A DNA stretch of 64,000 bases from an uncultured Gemmatimonadaceae bacterium (GTDB taxonomy: Bacteria > Gemmatimonadota > Gemmatimonadetes > Gemmatimonadales > Gemmatimonadaceae). Of the stretch, positions 18,502-31,406 are shown piece after piece. How positions within the stretch are numbered: position 1 is the stretch's first letter; each line of letters starts with the position of its first letter. The notes beneath the pieces are model-generated. The model ran no database searches, was not told the DNA's origin, and saw only the letters and a program-made list of their open reading frames with translations. The stretch spans positions 576,001-640,000 of the forward strand of contig CAVXGK010000002.1 in NCBI GenBank assembly GCA_963761305.1, given 5' to 3'. The translations under genes and the position numbers were made by a program.

Positions 18502-19340
18502 CCGACCTTCGCAAGCTCGAAGAAGAGATCGAGTCGCTCGCCGCGACCGCGGAAGGCGACACGCTGCCGCCAAGCACGGGTGACACGCTCGAATCGTTTC
18601 TGCTGGCGCTCGAGGCGGGGCAGATACGGTCGGCGAACAAGGGCGACGACAACGTGTGGCGCGCGAACCCGTGGGTGAAGCGCGGCATCCTGCTCGGTTT
18701 TCGGTTCGGCCGGCTGACGCGCTACGACGGCGAGCTCTCGTTCGTCGATAAAGACACGTACCCGATTCGCCGATTCGACGTGTCGCAGAATGTTCGCATC
18801 GTGCCGGGCGGTTCGTCGATCCGGCGCGGCGCGTACATCGCGTCGGGCGTCGTGTGCATGCCGCCGATGTACGTGAACGTCGGCGCGTACGTCGACGGCG
18901 GCACGATGGTGGATTCACACGCGCTGATCGGATCGTGCGCGCAGATCGGCAAGCGCGTGCACGTGAGCGCGGCGGCGCAGATCGGCGGAGTGCTGGAGCC
19001 GGTGAATGCGGCGCCGGTCGTGATCGAGGACGACGTCCTCGTGGGAGGGAATTGCGGCGTCTACGAAGGAACGATCGTGCGGTCGCGGGCGGTGCTGGCC
19101 GCCGGCGTCGTGTTGACGCGCGGAACGCCGGTGTTCGACCTGGCGCGTGAAACCGTCTATCGTGGCAGTGCGGACCAGCCGCTCGAGATTCCCGAGGCGG
19201 CGGTCGTTGTGCCGGGAGCTCGCGCCGTGACGAGCGGCTGGGGAGCCGAGCATCGTCTATCATTGCAGGCGCCGGTCATCGTCAAATACCGCGACGAGAA
19301 AACCGATCTGGCGACAACACTGGAGGCGTGGCTCCGATGA
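18498..19340 (+). CDS. dapD: Tetrahydrodipicolinate N-succinyltransferase
   Basis: WVKRGILLGF, YVNVGAYVD, IGGVLEP, hexapeptide repeats. Confidence 0.95.
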   Translation: MTDLRKLEEEIESLAATAEGDTLPPSTGDTLESFLLALEAGQIRSANKGDDNVWRANPWVKRGILLGFRFGRLTRYDGELSFVDKDTYPIRRFDVSQNVRIVPGGSSIRRGAYIASGVVCMPPMYVNVGAYVDGGTMVDSHALIGSCAQIGKRVHVSAAAQIGGVLEPVNAAPVVIEDDVLVGGNCGVYEGTIVRSRAVLAAGVVLTRGTPVFDLARETVYRGSADQPLEIPEAAVVVPGARAVTSGWGAEHRLSLQAPVIVKYRDEKTDLATTLEAWLR

Positions 19341-20593
19341 ACGTGTCTGGCACGCTCCGCGTTCCGGGCGACAAATCAATCTCGCACCGCGCGCTCATTC
19401 TCAGCGCGCTCGCGAACGGCCCGTCGCGCGTGACCGGCATCCTCGAATCCGCCGACGTGCACTCGACGGCCGGCGTCCTGCGCTCGCTCGGCGCGGCGAT
19501 TCCCGACCTGTCGCCGGATTTCGTCATCGAGGGGCGAGGAGTGGAGTCGCTCCACAGTCCCGAGTCGCCGCTCGACTGCGGCAACAGCGGAACGACAACG
19601 CGACTCGTCGCCGGCGTCGTCGCCGCGCGACCGATCACGGCAACGTTCGTCGGTGACGCGAGCCTGAGCCGTCGCCCGATGCGGCGCGTCGCCGAGCCGC
19701 TCGAGTCGATGGGTGCTCGCATCTCGCTGGCGGAGCACGGCGGACTGCCCATGAGCATCTGGGGCGGCCAGCTCCACGACGTGATGTGGCAGAGCAAGGT
19801 CGCCAGCGCGCAGGTGAAGAGCGCGGTGCTGCTCGCGGCGCTCGCCGCCGGTGTCACTTCCGAGGTGATCGAGCCGTACAAGTCGCGCGATCACACCGAG
19901 CGAATGCTCCTGGCGCGCGGCGCGCGCATCATCACGCATTCCACGGGAGTGCGGATCGAACAAGGCAGCTCGCTTCGATCGCTCGACGTCGCGGTGCCGG
20001 GCGATCCGTCGTCGGCCGCGTTCTTCGCCGCGCTGGCGGCGATGTCTGACGGCGGCTCGATTCGCCTCGAGCACGTGTGCGTGAACGAGACGCGCGCCGG
20101 ATTCTTCGATCTGCTCGAGACCATGGGTGCCACGGTCACGGAAGTCGACTCGCGGCTCGAGGACGGCGAGCCTGTGGCCGACATCGTCGTGTCGCCCGGC
20201 GAGCTGCGTCCGGCTACGGTCGCAGCCGCCGACGTGCCGTCGATGGTCGACGAGCTGCCGCTCCTCGCCTGCCTGGCCACCCGCGCGAACGGCGAGACGA
20301 CCATCTCGGGCGCGAAGGAGCTGCGCGTGAAGGAGAGCGACCGCATCGCCGCCGTCGTCGCCAACCTGCGGGCCCTCGGCGTGGACGCCCGGGAATTCCC
20401 GGACGGCATGGCGATTCGCGGACCCTCGGGCCCACTCGAGGGACGCGTCACGACGCACGGCGACCACCGGCTGGCGATGGCGTTCGGCATACTCGGCGCG
20501 GCGAGCGGCAATTCGATCGAGATCGACGACAAGGACTGCGTCGCGGTGTCCTACCCGAACTTCTGGAACGACCTGGCGAGCGTCACTCGATGA
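19337..20593 (+). CDS. aroA: EPSP synthase (class II motifs)
   Basis: PGDKSISHR, CGNSGTT, SAQVKS, RDHTE, KESDRI, DHRLAM. Confidence 0.97.
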   Translation: MNVSGTLRVPGDKSISHRALILSALANGPSRVTGILESADVHSTAGVLRSLGAAIPDLSPDFVIEGRGVESLHSPESPLDCGNSGTTTRLVAGVVAARPITATFVGDASLSRRPMRRVAEPLESMGARISLAEHGGLPMSIWGGQLHDVMWQSKVASAQVKSAVLLAALAAGVTSEVIEPYKSRDHTERMLLARGARIITHSTGVRIEQGSSLRSLDVAVPGDPSSAAFFAALAAMSDGGSIRLEHVCVNETRAGFFDLLETMGATVTEVDSRLEDGEPVADIVVSPGELRPATVAAADVPSMVDELPLLACLATRANGETTISGAKELRVKESDRIAAVVANLRALGVDAREFPDGMAIRGPSGPLEGRVTTHGDHRLAMAFGILGAASGNSIEIDDKDCVAVSYPNFWNDLASVTR

Positions 20594-21273
20594 CCGACGC
20601 GCGCCGCCCCCCGTTCGTGATCGCGATCGACGGTCCCGCGGCCTCCGGAAAATCCTCGACAGCCCAGTGGGTCGCACGACGACTCGGCTATCGCCACGTC
20701 GACTCGGGCGCTCTGTACCGCGCGGCGACGGCGGCGCGGCTGGCGCATCTCGGTGAGCCGGAACACTGGACCGAAGACGACGTTCTGGCGGCCGCGCGTG
20801 GCGTTGAGTTCGTGCCGCTCGGCGAATCCTTCGCCGTCGTCATCGACAGCGAGCCGGCTGACGACCGCCTGCGCGACGCGCAGGTCACGCAGCACGTGTC
20901 GCGGGTGGCGCAGATGCAGCGGGTTCGGCAGTGGGTGAACGAGCTCGTTCGGCGCGCCGCGGCCGGGCATGACGTCGTCGTCGACGGACGCGACATGGGG
21001 ACCGTCGTGTTTCCAACGGCGAAGCTCAAGATCTTCCTCATCGCCGACCCCTGGGAGCGAGCTCGGCGGCGGCTCGTTCAGCGACTCGGCCGCGGTCCGA
21101 CGGACGAAGAGATCGCTGCCGAAACGAACCGCATTGCCCAGCGCGACGCGCAGGACGCGACGCAGTCGGCCCGGGCGGCCGATGCCGTGCTGATCGATAC
21201 GACCTACCTCACCCAGGAGGACCAGGTCGATCGCATCGTGGCGCTGGCGCACGCGGCGGCGGAGCGGGGGTAG
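20590..21273 (+). CDS. cmk: Cytidylate kinase
   Basis: IAIDGPAASGKSS, DSGALYRA, DGRDMGTVVFP. Confidence 0.96.
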   Translation: MTDARRPPFVIAIDGPAASGKSSTAQWVARRLGYRHVDSGALYRAATAARLAHLGEPEHWTEDDVLAAARGVEFVPLGESFAVVIDSEPADDRLRDAQVTQHVSRVAQMQRVRQWVNELVRRAAAGHDVVVDGRDMGTVVFPTAKLKIFLIADPWERARRRLVQRLGRGPTDEEIAAETNRIAQRDAQDATQSARAADAVLIDTTYLTQEDQVDRIVALAHAAAERG

Positions 21274-21338
21274 CCGCGGTCCTCCAGGCGGTCTGCGGCG
21301 CCGCGGCCTAAGTCCCGATTTTATGGGACCTTCTGACG

Positions 21339-21367
21339 TTGACGTGAGACGCCAACGAGAGTATCAT
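21339..21367 (+). promoter_or_regulatory. Sigma70 promoter of rpsA
   Basis: TTGACG-17bp-TATCAT. Confidence 0.75.
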
Positions 21368-21503
21368 TTCTGGTTCGCGGCTCGCACGTCGGCGGCCGCG
21401 CGATGGCGCGTTTGCGTCATCGGCAAAGCATGTCGTCACTCACGCCAACCTCGCCGCGGCGAGCGAAAAATCCGCGGACGTTTCAGGAGATCACTCGCTC
21501 AGT

Positions 21504-23318
<1,815 letters not shown>

Positions 23319-23344
23319 CCACGCGCGCGGTTTCTAGTTCGATT

Positions 23345-23385
23345 TCAAAGCGCCTCGACCTCGCGGTCGAGGCGCTTTGACTTTT
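23345..23385 (+). terminator. Rho-independent terminator after rpsA
   Basis: Perfect 16-bp stem TCAAAGCGCCTCGACC / GGTCGAGGCGCTTTGA followed by CTTTT. Confidence 0.85.
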
Positions 23386-23414
23386 CGACTCGGACGGGGG
23401 GAGGTGCGCTGCCG

Positions 23415-24455
23415 TTGTACGATCGAGTCTGGGAACGCATCGGCGACATCGCGCGACTCGCGCCGTCGCCGCACAACACGCAGCCGTTTCGCATCGTGCC
23501 GCTCGGTCCGCACGATGCGAACATCGTCGTCGTCCGCGATCGCCTGCTGCCGCGCGAAGACCACGGCAATCTCTACATGTCGTCGGCGTTCGGCATCTTC
23601 GTGACGGCGCTCGAGCACGCGGCGCGGTTCGTGGGACGCGACCTCGTGGTGGACGTGCTGCCGTGCATCGACGTCGACACGCTGCATTCGGGTCCGTCGC
23701 GCGTGCTGCTCGGGCGCGCCACGCTCACCGACCCCGGTCCGGTCAATCCGGCCGAGCTGCGCTGGACGATGCGCCTCGAACCGCGCCACGGCATCCGCAC
23801 GCTGCTCGAGGCGCGGCGAACTTCGCGTCTCCCGTATCATGATCGTCCCGTGCTCGGCGCGAGCGTGAGCGCGCTCGCGCAGGTCGCCGCGGTGTACGGC
23901 CATCGGTTCCTCGCCGTCGACGACGTGCGGCTCGTGCGTCGCGTGCTGCGGCTCAACGCCGACGCCATCATCGACAACCTGCAACTCGGCGACGAGCGCG
24001 AAGAGATTCGCGGCTGGTATCGGTACGGAGAGACGCCGCCCGACGGCGACGGTCTCTGGGAGCGGCCGATGAACCAGCCGGCGTGGGAACTGCGCTCCGC
24101 CTTCACCACGCCGTGGTTGTACCGACTCCCCGGATTCCGGCAATTCGCGCGACGTCGCTATCTTCGCACGCAGCGCGGCACGCGGCACGTGGGACTTCTC
24201 TGCGGGCCGTTCGCCGAGTGGATGGATCTCGTGCACTCGGGCCGCATGCTGATGGCCTTCTGGCTCGAGATGGCGGCGCACGACATCTACATGCAGCCGA
24301 TGGGGTCGATGCTCACCAATCCGAAGTACGCCGAAACGATCGCGCGGCTGTTCGGCGTCCGCGACTGCTGGCTTGTGTTTCGCTACGGGTACAGCGACGA
24401 GCCGCCGCGCGCCCCGCGGCTCCGCAACATCGTCGAGCGTGAATCGGTGGTTTGA
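23415..24455 (+). CDS. Acg-type tandem nitroreductase-fold (FMN-binding) protein
   Basis: ARLAPSPHNTQPF, RRTSRLPY, GR...FWL...QPM, FRYGY...RAPR; GGAGG SD before a TTG start. Confidence 0.8.
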   Translation: MYDRVWERIGDIARLAPSPHNTQPFRIVPLGPHDANIVVVRDRLLPREDHGNLYMSSAFGIFVTALEHAARFVGRDLVVDVLPCIDVDTLHSGPSRVLLGRATLTDPGPVNPAELRWTMRLEPRHGIRTLLEARRTSRLPYHDRPVLGASVSALAQVAAVYGHRFLAVDDVRLVRRVLRLNADAIIDNLQLGDEREEIRGWYRYGETPPDGDGLWERPMNQPAWELRSAFTTPWLYRLPGFRQFARRRYLRTQRGTRHVGLLCGPFAEWMDLVHSGRMLMAFWLEMAAHDIYMQPMGSMLTNPKYAETIARLFGVRDCWLVFRYGYSDEPPRAPRLRNIVERESVV

Positions 24456-25905
24456 TCCCGTCGCGGGCCGGGCGTTGAGCCGGCTCGGCGACGTCGCGCT
24501 GTCGTCGTGGGGCGCTTATAGGGCGCTGTTCGCGCCCGTTTTCTCGACCAGGACGCGCGACTGGGTTGCGCGCACGCGCGCGTCGGCCGCGTTCTTCAAC
24601 GCGCGTCGCCGCGTGCCCGCCTATCAGGAATTCCTGCGCGAGCACGGTGCCCTCGATGTGACGCGATTCGAGGACGTCCCGGCGATGGACAAGGCCAACT
24701 ACATCAAACGGTGGCCGATCGAGCAGCTCTGCCAGGGCGGACGGCTGCCGACGCGCGGCGCCGTCATCGACGAGTCGTCGGGGTCGAGCGGGCAGGCGAG
24801 CAACTGGATTCGCGGACCGAGCGAGCGCGCCGCCGCGAGACGGCTCCTTCAGTTCGCCACGCGATCGGCCTTCGGCGACGAGCCGTTCGTGCTGCTCAAC
24901 GCCTTCGCGCTGGGCCCGTGGGCGACCGGCATGAACGTCTCGATGTCGCTCGTCGATCTGTGCGTGCTCAAGTCGATCGGCCCCGACGCGGCCAAGGTGA
25001 TCGGCACGCTCCAGCTGCTCGGCCCCAAGTACAAGTACGTCATCGCCGGCTATCCGCCGTTTCTGAAAGGACTCGTCGACACCGCGGACTTTGATTGGTC
25101 GAAGTTCGATGTATGCGCAGTCGTCGGCGGAGAAGGGATGTCGCAGCCGCTGCGCGCCGCGCTGAACCGGCGCTTTCGCAAGACGATCTCGAGTTTCGGC
25201 GCGTCGGACCTCGAGATCAACATCGCCGTCGAGACCGACTTCACCATCGCGCTTCGCGACGCCATCGCGTCGACGCCGGCGCTGGGCGAAGAGCTGTATG
25301 GCCGCGAGTCGCTGCCGATGGTCTTCCAGTACGACCCGCTCAACTACTTCATCGAAAGCGACGAGAATCGCAATCTGCTGTTCACGATCAACCGGCTGGA
25401 GAACGTCTCGCCGCGAATCCGCTACAACATTCGCGACCGCGGCGTCGTTCGCCCGGCGGGCCAAGTCGCCGACGTGGCGGCGCGACACGGCGCGCGCCTG
25501 CCGGCCCTCCAGGTCGATCTTCCGCTCCTGTTTCACTGGGGACGCCAGGACAACGCCGTCGGGTTCTACGGCTGCAAGATCACTCCGGAGGACATTCAGC
25601 ACGTCATCCTCCGAATCGACCTCCTCGGGGAGGGCGTAACCAACTTCGCGCTGCACCCCTACGAGGACGACGACGCCAACAAACGCGTCGAGATCTGGTT
25701 CGAGCTCGCCAACACGGGGGATCTTCCGGACGCCGGCCTGCTGCGCGACGCCGTTTTGCGCGAGCTCGCGTCGGTGAATCAGGACTTTCGCGAATCCATC
25801 AAGATGGTCCCGGCGGACCGGCGCCCGGCGGTGAAGGTCTTCGCGCAAGGGCAAAGCCCGTTTCCGGCGCAGGACATTCGGCTCAAGCGGCAGTACATCC
25901 TGTAG
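24439..25905 (+). CDS. Phenylacetate-CoA ligase / coenzyme F390 synthetase-like adenylate-forming enzyme
   Basis: RVPAYQEFL, ESSGSSG P-loop, GYPPF, GGEG, FGASD, IRYNIRDRG, GRQD; overlaps the upstream gene. Confidence 0.85.
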   Translation: MNRWFDPVAGRALSRLGDVALSSWGAYRALFAPVFSTRTRDWVARTRASAAFFNARRRVPAYQEFLREHGALDVTRFEDVPAMDKANYIKRWPIEQLCQGGRLPTRGAVIDESSGSSGQASNWIRGPSERAAARRLLQFATRSAFGDEPFVLLNAFALGPWATGMNVSMSLVDLCVLKSIGPDAAKVIGTLQLLGPKYKYVIAGYPPFLKGLVDTADFDWSKFDVCAVVGGEGMSQPLRAALNRRFRKTISSFGASDLEINIAVETDFTIALRDAIASTPALGEELYGRESLPMVFQYDPLNYFIESDENRNLLFTINRLENVSPRIRYNIRDRGVVRPAGQVADVAARHGARLPALQVDLPLLFHWGRQDNAVGFYGCKITPEDIQHVILRIDLLGEGVTNFALHPYEDDDANKRVEIWFELANTGDLPDAGLLRDAVLRELASVNQDFRESIKMVPADRRPAVKVFAQGQSPFPAQDIRLKRQYIL

Positions 25906-25966
25906 GCCCCTCTCCCCGATTTTGGGTGGACGAGTGGGCAGGTGGACAGGCGGCTTCCGACACGAG

Positions 25967-26170
25967 GCCCTCTACTTAGGTATATCCGCGGACCGCACTT
26001 TGACTACACGGAATTTTTTGCCGGATGCTGAAGTTCGATTCCAGAATGTTTAGCGTCCTCCATTGGTCGAGAACTCCTATTCTTGCTTGCCAATGACCAT
26101 TGTTACAGGTTCGTGACGGAGCACGATGTAGTCAAAGTCGCCTCCGCGGATAAGACATAAGTAGGGGGGC
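25967..26170 (+). ncRNA. Candidate structured RNA of unknown family (or a non-autonomous element with long terminal inverted repeats)
   Basis: About 40-bp imperfect terminal inverted repeat enclosing three hairpins whose non-Watson-Crick pairs read as G-U on the + strand. Confidence 0.55.
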
Positions 26171-26781
26171 TCTGGTCGTTGGCTTTTCGCGCGGGTCCGC
26201 GAACGACGCCAATCCGGACTGACGCGATTTTTGGATGCCGCGGTCACCCGACTGGTTCGTCCGGCCAGCGCATCGGGATGGACCGAGCCGCGGATCAGAT
26301 CGCCGTGTTCGCGCTCCGTTCACGCCGCACGCCGCTGATTCTCGACCGGATCCGCGATCTGGATCGTCGAGTCACCCGTTCGGAGCGCGCGACCGGCACG
26401 CTCGATTCTCCGGTCGCGGAACTCGCCGGGATGGATAGACGAGCAGTCGCTCCAACCAGGTTGTCGGTCGTCCCGGCCAACGATCCGGTTCGATCGGCCG
26501 ACTTCCCATTCGCCGCGGCCATCGAACCAGTCGTGACGCGACACGCCAGTTTTTTCGAGCGGCCGGCCAACTGGATTTCGTTGTGAGCCGACCGGATCGC
26601 TCGGTCATCGCACCGTTCTCGACGAGCGCCGCAGCGGATTCTGCGCCCAGTCGAATGGCCAGTTCGGTCGGGACGGCGTGTACGTCGGCCGTTCGACCGC
26701 CGCCGTCGCACGGGTCAGCGCCGCACCCGCTTGCATCTTCCGCGCACCGTATCCATCTATCCGCTCCAGCCTTCGAGATCG

Positions 26782-28263
26782 ATGATTTTCGTTCGCGGAC
26801 TCCCACCTCTGCGCGCACTCAGGAATCTTCGTCCGACGCGACTCTTGGTCGGCGCCCTACTCGTGTCGACGTTGCCGGCGCGAACCGCGGCGGCCCAGAC
26901 CGGACGCCTCGTTGGACAGGTCGTCGACAAGCTCGCCGGCGTGCCGCTCCCGTATTCGGGCATCTCCATCCTCGGTCAGTCGACTGAACGCCTGACCAGC
27001 GACAGCGGCCAATTCCGCCTCGACCTCGACGCCGGGACCGTTCGGCTGCGAGTCCGCCACGTGGGATTCACGCCGGTCGACACACAACTCGTCATCCGCG
27101 CGAACGACACGACGCGAGTCAAGATCGAGCTGGCACGAATTCCGGTCAGGCTGGCCGCGATGCGCGTCACCGACGCTCCGTGTCTGCTGCCGGGTGCGCC
27201 CGCCGCCACCGGCGACGCGCTGCCCCAGATCTTCGAGCAGCTGCAGCTCAACGCGGAGCAGTTCCAACTCGTGAACAGGCAATATCCGTTCACCTCCGTC
27301 GTCGAACGGCAGTTCAGCCGCACGGCCACGGAGCCGAAGAAACCGGAAGCCAATCCCGCGGGCCTGAACTTCGACACGCTCGAATTCGTGACGAAGACCG
27401 ACTCGATCAAGGTGCCGAGCGATCAACGATGGCGCTACAAGCCGGGCGAGATCATCATCTCAGCGGGCGTCGGGCCGCTCGGCGAGCGGTACGCGCTGCG
27501 GATTCCGACGCTCGCCGTTTTCGCCGACCCGGAGTTCGTCAAGCATCACTGCTTCCGAGACGGCGGCGACGTCGCGCTCGACGGGCAGAACTTTCGCCGC
27601 ATCGATTTTCGCGCGGCCGAGAACATTCGCGATCCCGACATCGACGGCACGATGTATCTCGACCCACGGACGTTCGTGATTCGCCGGTCCACGGTCTCGC
27701 TCTCGCGAAAGTCTCGCTACACGAGCTCCTACGACTCGGTGACGGTCGAAACGTCGTTCGATGAATTGGTCAGCGGCGTGCCCGTGATCACGAGCGCCAT
27801 AGGACGCAGCCTGCTGACCGCCGACGCCGGTGATCCCGGAAGCCGGAGCGCGATGCCCGACGGAAGCCGATTCGTAAGCGATCTCGAACGGCAGCGAGTT
27901 CGGGAGATTCGTTTCCTGCACGAAGTCCCGGGCGTGAGCGATACGCCGGGATTTGCCCGGGATCGCCGCGACCCCAAGATCATTCGACTCAGCGGACCCG
28001 GCGGAAACGCTCGGGTGGTCGGCGTGTTCGATGCCGACTCGGGCGAGCCGCTTCCGGGCACCGTCGTGCGCGACTCGGCGAGCAGCCGGATGGCCGTGAC
28101 GACGCCGACTGGGACGGTCAATCTTGGCTTCGTCCCCCGTTCGAGCGCGGTGATTCTGTTCGAGCACGCGGGCTACGACCGGCTCTCGATGCCCGTGTCG
28201 CTCACCCCGGCCGATACACTGCCCATCACGGTCATTCTGCACCGGTCGCGCGCGCCTCGCTAA
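26782..28263 (+). CDS. Secreted carboxypeptidase-regulatory-like (Cna-B type) domain protein
   Basis: Signal peptide then GQVVD...PLP...TSDSGQFRL...VRHVGF; second such domain at the C-terminus. Confidence 0.8.
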   Translation: MIFVRGLPPLRALRNLRPTRLLVGALLVSTLPARTAAAQTGRLVGQVVDKLAGVPLPYSGISILGQSTERLTSDSGQFRLDLDAGTVRLRVRHVGFTPVDTQLVIRANDTTRVKIELARIPVRLAAMRVTDAPCLLPGAPAATGDALPQIFEQLQLNAEQFQLVNRQYPFTSVVERQFSRTATEPKKPEANPAGLNFDTLEFVTKTDSIKVPSDQRWRYKPGEIIISAGVGPLGERYALRIPTLAVFADPEFVKHHCFRDGGDVALDGQNFRRIDFRAAENIRDPDIDGTMYLDPRTFVIRRSTVSLSRKSRYTSSYDSVTVETSFDELVSGVPVITSAIGRSLLTADAGDPGSRSAMPDGSRFVSDLERQRVREIRFLHEVPGVSDTPGFARDRRDPKIIRLSGPGGNARVVGVFDADSGEPLPGTVVRDSASSRMAVTTPTGTVNLGFVPRSSAVILFEHAGYDRLSMPVSLTPADTLPITVILHRSRAPR

Positions 28264-28338
28264 GGAATCCGCCCGGCGCGTCCGAGCCGGCGCGCAAGTC
28301 TAGAATGACGCCTCGGGCGGGCGTAGCTTTTTCCGCCT

Positions 28339-29885
<1,547 letters not shown>

Positions 29886-29889
<4 letters not shown>

Positions 29890-31406
29890 GCTTTTCGAAG
29901 ATTCTCGTCGCGAATCGCGGCGAGATCGCGTTGCGCATCGTGCGCGCGTGCCGCGAGATGGGAATCGGTTCGGTCGCCGTCTACAGCGACGCCGATGCAC
30001 GTGCGCCGCACGTGCGCGAAGCCGACGAAGCGGTGAACATCGGGCCGCCGCCGTCGGCCGAGAGTTATCTGCGCGGCGAGAAGATCATCGAGGCGGCGCA
30101 CCGCTCGGGCGCGCAGGCGATTCACCCGGGCTACGGGTTCCTCTCCGAGCGCGAGTGGTTCGCGCGCGCCGTGCGCGACGCCGGATTGGTCTGGGTCGGG
30201 CCGCCGGCGGAAGCCATCGCGGCGATGGGCAGCAAGACCGCGGCGCGACAATTGGCGATCGGCGCCAAGGTGCCCGTCGTGCCCGGCACCACCTCGGCGC
30301 TGAAGGATGCGGCAGAAGCGCGAGCCGTGGCCGACGAATTTGGCTATCCGGTGCTGCTCAAGGCGGCGGCCGGCGGCGGCGGCAAGGGCATGCGGGTGGT
30401 GCGAGATGCGAAGGACGTGGAATCGTCGCTCGACGCCGCGCGTCGCGAGGCGAAGAACGCGTTCGGCGACGACGCGGTCTACGTCGAGAAGTACATCGTC
30501 GGCCCGCGTCACGTCGAAATCCAGGTGCTCGGCGACCAGCATGGAACGATGCTCTCGCTCAACGAACGCGAGTGCTCCGTCCAGCGCCGCCATCAGAAGA
30601 TGATCGAGGAAGCGCCGAGCGTCGCCGTGAATCCGGAGCTTCGCCGCGCGATGGGCGAGACGGCCGTCCGCGCGGCGACAGCGGCCGGCTACGTGAACGC
30701 GGGCACGTGCGAGTTCCTGCTCGACCGCGACGGCAAGTTCTACTTCCTCGAGATGAACACGCGGCTCCAAGTCGAGCATCCGGTGACGGAGTTGGTGACG
30801 GGGATCGATCTGGTGCAGTGGCAGATCCGCATCGCGGCGGGCGAACGCCTCCCGTACAAACAAGACGACATCGTCCCGCGCGGCTGGGCGATCGAGTGTC
30901 GCATCACCAGCGAAGATCCCGCGAACGGATTTCTTCCATCGACGGGACGCATCAGCTACCTCCACGTCCCCGGCGGACCGGGCGTGCGATGGGACGGCGG
31001 CATCGAAGCCGGCAGCGAAATCGGATTGTTCTACGATCCGATGCTGGCCAAGCTGATCGTCCACGCACCCACGCGAGACGCTGCGATCGCGCGCATGCAC
31101 CGCGCGCTGCTCGAGTTGACGATCGAAGGCGTCGAGAGCTCGCGCGACTTCCACCTGCGAGTAATGGAAGATGCCGAGTTCAAGGCGGGCGCGATCGAGA
31201 TTCAGTGGCTCGAGCGACGGCTGGATTCGATCGTCCACGCGCCGGCGCCCGCCGCCACGGCGAAGGCAGCCGCGCTGGTCGGCGCGCTGATCGCCGACCG
31301 CGACCGGAAGACCGCGCGTCAGACGCCGGCGTCGAGCGTCGCCAGTGGTGGCGGCGGTCCTGTAGACCAGTGGCTGCGCGCCGGCCGTGTCGAGGGACTG
31401 CGATGA
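29886..31406 (+). CDS. accC: Biotin carboxylase subunit
   Basis: [41 protein letters not shown]; no fused biotinyl domain. Confidence 0.92.

Noticed and set aside
25967..26170. 6S RNA, retron msr-msd, Y RNA, attC site or invertible promoter
   Set aside because: It is branched rather than rod-like; no reverse transcriptase, Ro60 or recombinase is in the window; it lacks attC core ends; and the inverted repeats mismatch centrally. Left as unknown rather than assigned.
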